Below, in pieces: positions 61,142 to 64,000 of a DNA stretch of 64,000 nt. The stretch lies in contig CBDBZU010000004.1 of assembly GCA_965213625.1 (NCBI GenBank), forward strand, positions 1,888,001 to 1,952,000, given 5' to 3'. How positions within the stretch are numbered: position 1 is the first letter of the stretch; the number at the start of each line of letters is the position of its first letter. A program made the translations under genes and the position numbers. A model generated the notes under the pieces. That model saw nothing but the letters and a program-made list of their open reading frames with translations, was not told the origin of the DNA and did not search any database. Origin of the DNA: a bacterium (GTDB taxonomy: Bacteria > UBA8248).

Positions 61142-61242
61142 GGGGTTGCTCGTTGTTCCCGTTCCCGGATCGAGGACTCAAACTCATAGCCAGGAGCGGT
61201 ACAGTTTACCCATCACGAGAGAGGCAACCAACGGGCAACCCC
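61142..61242 (-). ncRNA. Candidate structured RNA motif, downstream of lipoprotein 4
   Basis: Near-identical to 50832-50931. Confidence 0.6.
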
Positions 61243-61261
61243 CTATTCGTTCTCCTTCATT

Positions 61262-61298
61262 CGCCTTTGGCGATGGGGCAAGCCCATCGCCAAAGGCG
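61262..61298 (-). terminator. Perfect 16-bp hairpin after lipoprotein 4
   Basis: CGCCTTTGGCGATGGG-gcaag-CCCATCGCCAAAGGCG. Confidence 0.5.
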
Positions 61299-61312
61299 TC
61301 TTGCTCCGCTGA

Positions 61313-63064
61313 CTAATCCTTTAACCGCGCGCCGAACGCGCCGGTAGCGCTTCCGTTGACGAAAGTGGTGTTGAACTCGCCAACCAATACTTCAGGAGCA
61401 TCTGCAGGAGCTCTACCATTAGGAGCGTGGAATTGCCCGGTCAGGGAACGGGAACCCTCATTCCCCTTCATGCCGGAAGCTACTCCATTTTCTAGCACAA
61501 ATTCACTTGTGATGCCTGCTGTAATACCTACATTCCAGTTATGGCTTTCGCCATGCTCCAATTGAAAATTGGAAATACTACCGTGGATCGAGTTTTCTTT
61601 CCGGGTTGTGCTTCCATCGAAGGCAACATTCAGAGACACGTCCGCAGTGAACCTGCCGGATGTTTTAACAGCTACAGTTGAATCCGGATTTAACGTGTTG
61701 TGAACGTAAACTCCCGCGGCCCCCCCGGAATATTCCGCCGTTCCAGTAACTTCATCCAATGTTCCGGCTGCATCTGGAAGTGAAGAGAAAGCAAAAGTTT
61801 GAACGGTGTCGTAAGATGAGACAGCCCCATCTTTTGTCGTTGTTTCCAACCAGAAGCCGTAGTGCATATAGTCCTTATCCGCAACATCAACCATGGCTCC
61901 GGAATCTGGAGTGAACGTCCATGTTCCCGTCATAGCTGTTGCCTTACCTTTATCGTTAATTGTTACTACACAATCGGCATCGGTACACAGATATGTGCCC
62001 ATCGCACCATCGAAGCTGCCTCTGTGCATACCCTCATTTACAGCTGGAGTTGTACCATCGTCATTATCGAATTCTTTCCTTGTTGTGGCGCCTTCGTCAG
62101 GTATCGTTAAACCCAGGTCCACATGCGCCAAATGGTCGGTAGTGTTTACTTGAAGTGCTCTGAAATCATCTGCAGTGGTGTCCGTGTCGTTGTTTGCATC
62201 CAACCTATAGACCTTGGAAAACGCGGTCGGTTTGGGAGCCTCAATATCCGTGTGAACGACGATAATCTCCCTGCTGCTTCCGATATCTCGTGTAAGCATC
62301 TGACCATCGCCGAACCTGGCAACGCTGGAGAATTTCGGGTCGCCTTTGGCAAGGTTCTGCTCGTCAAGGACACCAACAGTTGCCATTGTCCCATCGTGCT
62401 TTACTGTAAGCCTATAATTGGTGGTAGCATCTGCATTAGGTTCAGCTTCATCTCCTATATCGGTGTCACCATCGAATGGCCGATCTTGTCCAGTACCGGA
62501 ATTTGCTTCTGCTGCGATAGCATCTTCCTTTGTTCCTGCGACCTTGTTGGCAGCCGCTTGCGCCGCCGCCGCCGCTGCCGCCGCATCGTCATCCGCCTTG
62601 GCCTGATTCACCATGCCGGCATACGCCACAGCGTCATCCCTGGCGGCTTCCGCATCCGCCTGAGCAGCTTCTGCCGCTCCTGACGTGGTGGCGGCCTGGG
62701 CAGCGCTGTTCGCCGCCTCCGCCGCACCGAGAGCCCGCAGAGCGGCGTCGTAGGAATCAGAGTCGGAATCACGATTCGCCGCCGCTGCGTTCACAGCCGC
62801 CATAGCCGCATTGTAAGCAGCCTGCGCTGCTGCTTGTGCATCTGTCAGTTTCATGGCTTCCAGTTCCGCAGCCGTGGTGCATGTGTTGTCCGCATTCCAG
62901 CGGCCGCCCGCATCCACGCATTCCATCTGCGGATCAGGCATCGGGGGCGGCTCTTCAACGGCAGCAGTCCCGCCGCCGCCGCCGCAGCCGGCCAGCGTCA
63001 GCGCGAACACCGCCGCCAGGGCAAAAGCGTAAAGCTTGCTTATCGATTTCTCTCTGAACTTCAT
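61313..63064 (-). CDS. Surface lipoprotein paralogue 4 (TbpB-like C-terminal barrel)
   Basis: First 34 aa identical to paralogue 3; YMHYGFWL, GTAEYSGGAAGVYV, TGAFGARLKD. Confidence 0.75.
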   Translation of the reverse strand: MKFREKSISKLYAFALAAVFALTLAGCGGGGGTAAVEEPPPMPDPQMECVDAGGRWNADNTCTTAAELEAMKLTDAQAAAQAAYNAAMAAVNAAAANRDSDSDSYDAALRALGAAEAANSAAQAATTSGAAEAAQADAEAARDDAVAYAGMVNQAKADDDAAAAAAAAQAAANKVAGTKEDAIAAEANSGTGQDRPFDGDTDIGDEAEPNADATTNYRLTVKHDGTMATVGVLDEQNLAKGDPKFSSVARFGDGQMLTRDIGSSREIIVVHTDIEAPKPTAFSKVYRLDANNDTDTTADDFRALQVNTTDHLAHVDLGLTIPDEGATTRKEFDNDDGTTPAVNEGMHRGSFDGAMGTYLCTDADCVVTINDKGKATAMTGTWTFTPDSGAMVDVADKDYMHYGFWLETTTKDGAVSSYDTVQTFAFSSLPDAAGTLDEVTGTAEYSGGAAGVYVHNTLNPDSTVAVKTSGRFTADVSLNVAFDGSTTRKENSIHGSISNFQLEHGESHNWNVGITAGITSEFVLENGVASGMKGNEGSRSLTGQFHAPNGRAPADAPEVLVGEFNTTFVNGSATGAFGARLKD

Positions 63065-64000
63065 TTAGTGAGTCCTCCTGAATACATAGAAAAAGGGATT
63101 TTCAGCGAATTTCCGACTTTCTGTAAATTCTCACATCCTCCTTTCTTATCATTGAAATCCATTATCTAACCCTGGGTCATTGTCTTCCAATTAATGGAGG
63201 GCGGATACTACCGGGCACGCCATCCGGACTTCATGGGACACGATTCCTGATTCAAAAAAAATTGTTTGGTCCATTAAGCTTCATTATCTTGAACCCGTCT
63301 CCTTTTTCAGGCGACGACCACTCCGTTCGAGAACCCTTCCATTGAACCAGCACAACCTCAATACCGACATGCGTTCGGGGTCGGCTACAACGTTTGCCAC
63401 GAGGCCCGAACTACCAATGTAGGCCCCCGCCTGTTCCGATCCTCATGAGAGGACCATATCCTACCCAGCGAGCATCCCCGAGTCAATCGTGCCTCTTGAT
63501 TTCTTCTGCTACATTGATATTGCTACAGCTTTTTCCGTTTTGTCAAGGTGATTTTCTCGGTTGATTCGGCCTTGGGTGAGAAGACCGCAATCGGCGGGCG
63601 GGCAAAACATAAAACCATCACCTTATTAACTATCATTATATGAATATGAAGTGAATCCCGGCAGATTGTCAAGTTATTCCTTTTGCCCAGCGGGCTATTG
63701 CCGAACCCGGCGTGCCGACCCTGTCTCATCAAACGTTTGCCCCTTGATTTTTTTCCGGCCTGCCATCGTTCCTGTGTCATTCGCTCCAGGGTAGCTCGGG
63801 TGCTCGGGGATACCCTCGAGTTTCTCCCCGCCCCGAAACGCAATTCCCCTGGTCCGCAGGCGCATGCACGATGAGCGCAGCGCCGGAACAGCGACGATTC
63901 GAGCGTTTCGAGCGGCATTTTCGCCGCGAGTTGCGTCGCCGCTCATACGAAGTGATGACGGAAAAACCCTCGGGGAGGCGCGCCGGCGATGGCGGGCCGC

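Noticed and set aside
31691-63064. Diversity-generating retroelement or shufflon behind the lipoprotein variation
   Set aside because: No reverse transcriptase, no TR/VR pair with adenine-specific mismatches and no site-specific invertase are visible in the window.
63121-64000. Short ORFs at the window end
   Set aside because: No recognisable domains or convincing starts; left unannotated.

Overview
A GC-rich Gram-negative bacterial window in two halves. From 1 to 30 kb it is intact metabolic DNA. It holds a Zur-controlled zinc locus (znuB-znuC-zur divergent from znuA), followed by an LbtU-like porin, a DsrE/SaoD-like protein, a COG0523 GTPase, a flavin oxidoreductase and a WD40 protein, with nested junction duplications. 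Next is a LysR/UbiD-linked catabolic operon: CoA-transferase, M20 amidohydrolase, LLM oxidoreductase, two CysK-like enzymes, a Liv-type ABC transporter, an AhpD/CMD protein with an in-frame UGA plus SECIS-like hairpin (probable selenoprotein), an XDH-family Mo-hydroxylase and an SdhA/NadB-like flavoprotein. From 30 to 64 kb it is a decayed accessory region with many toxin-antitoxin modules, IS, group II intron and relaxase remnants, and a primase-helicase. The most striking signal is four paralogous surface lipoproteins with TbpB-like C-termini, whose mature regions have diverged strongly while their non-coding flanks are conserved. The flanks comprise a leader with an anti-Shine-Dalgarno element and, for three of the four genes, a downstream ~100-nt covarying structured RNA-like motif whose apical sequence is complementary to the lipoprotein RBS. 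A fourth, orphan copy of the motif lies at 38.7 kb. Two of the genes sit in a ~9.4-kb inverted duplication. All comparisons were made by eye; no database searches or folding programs were run.
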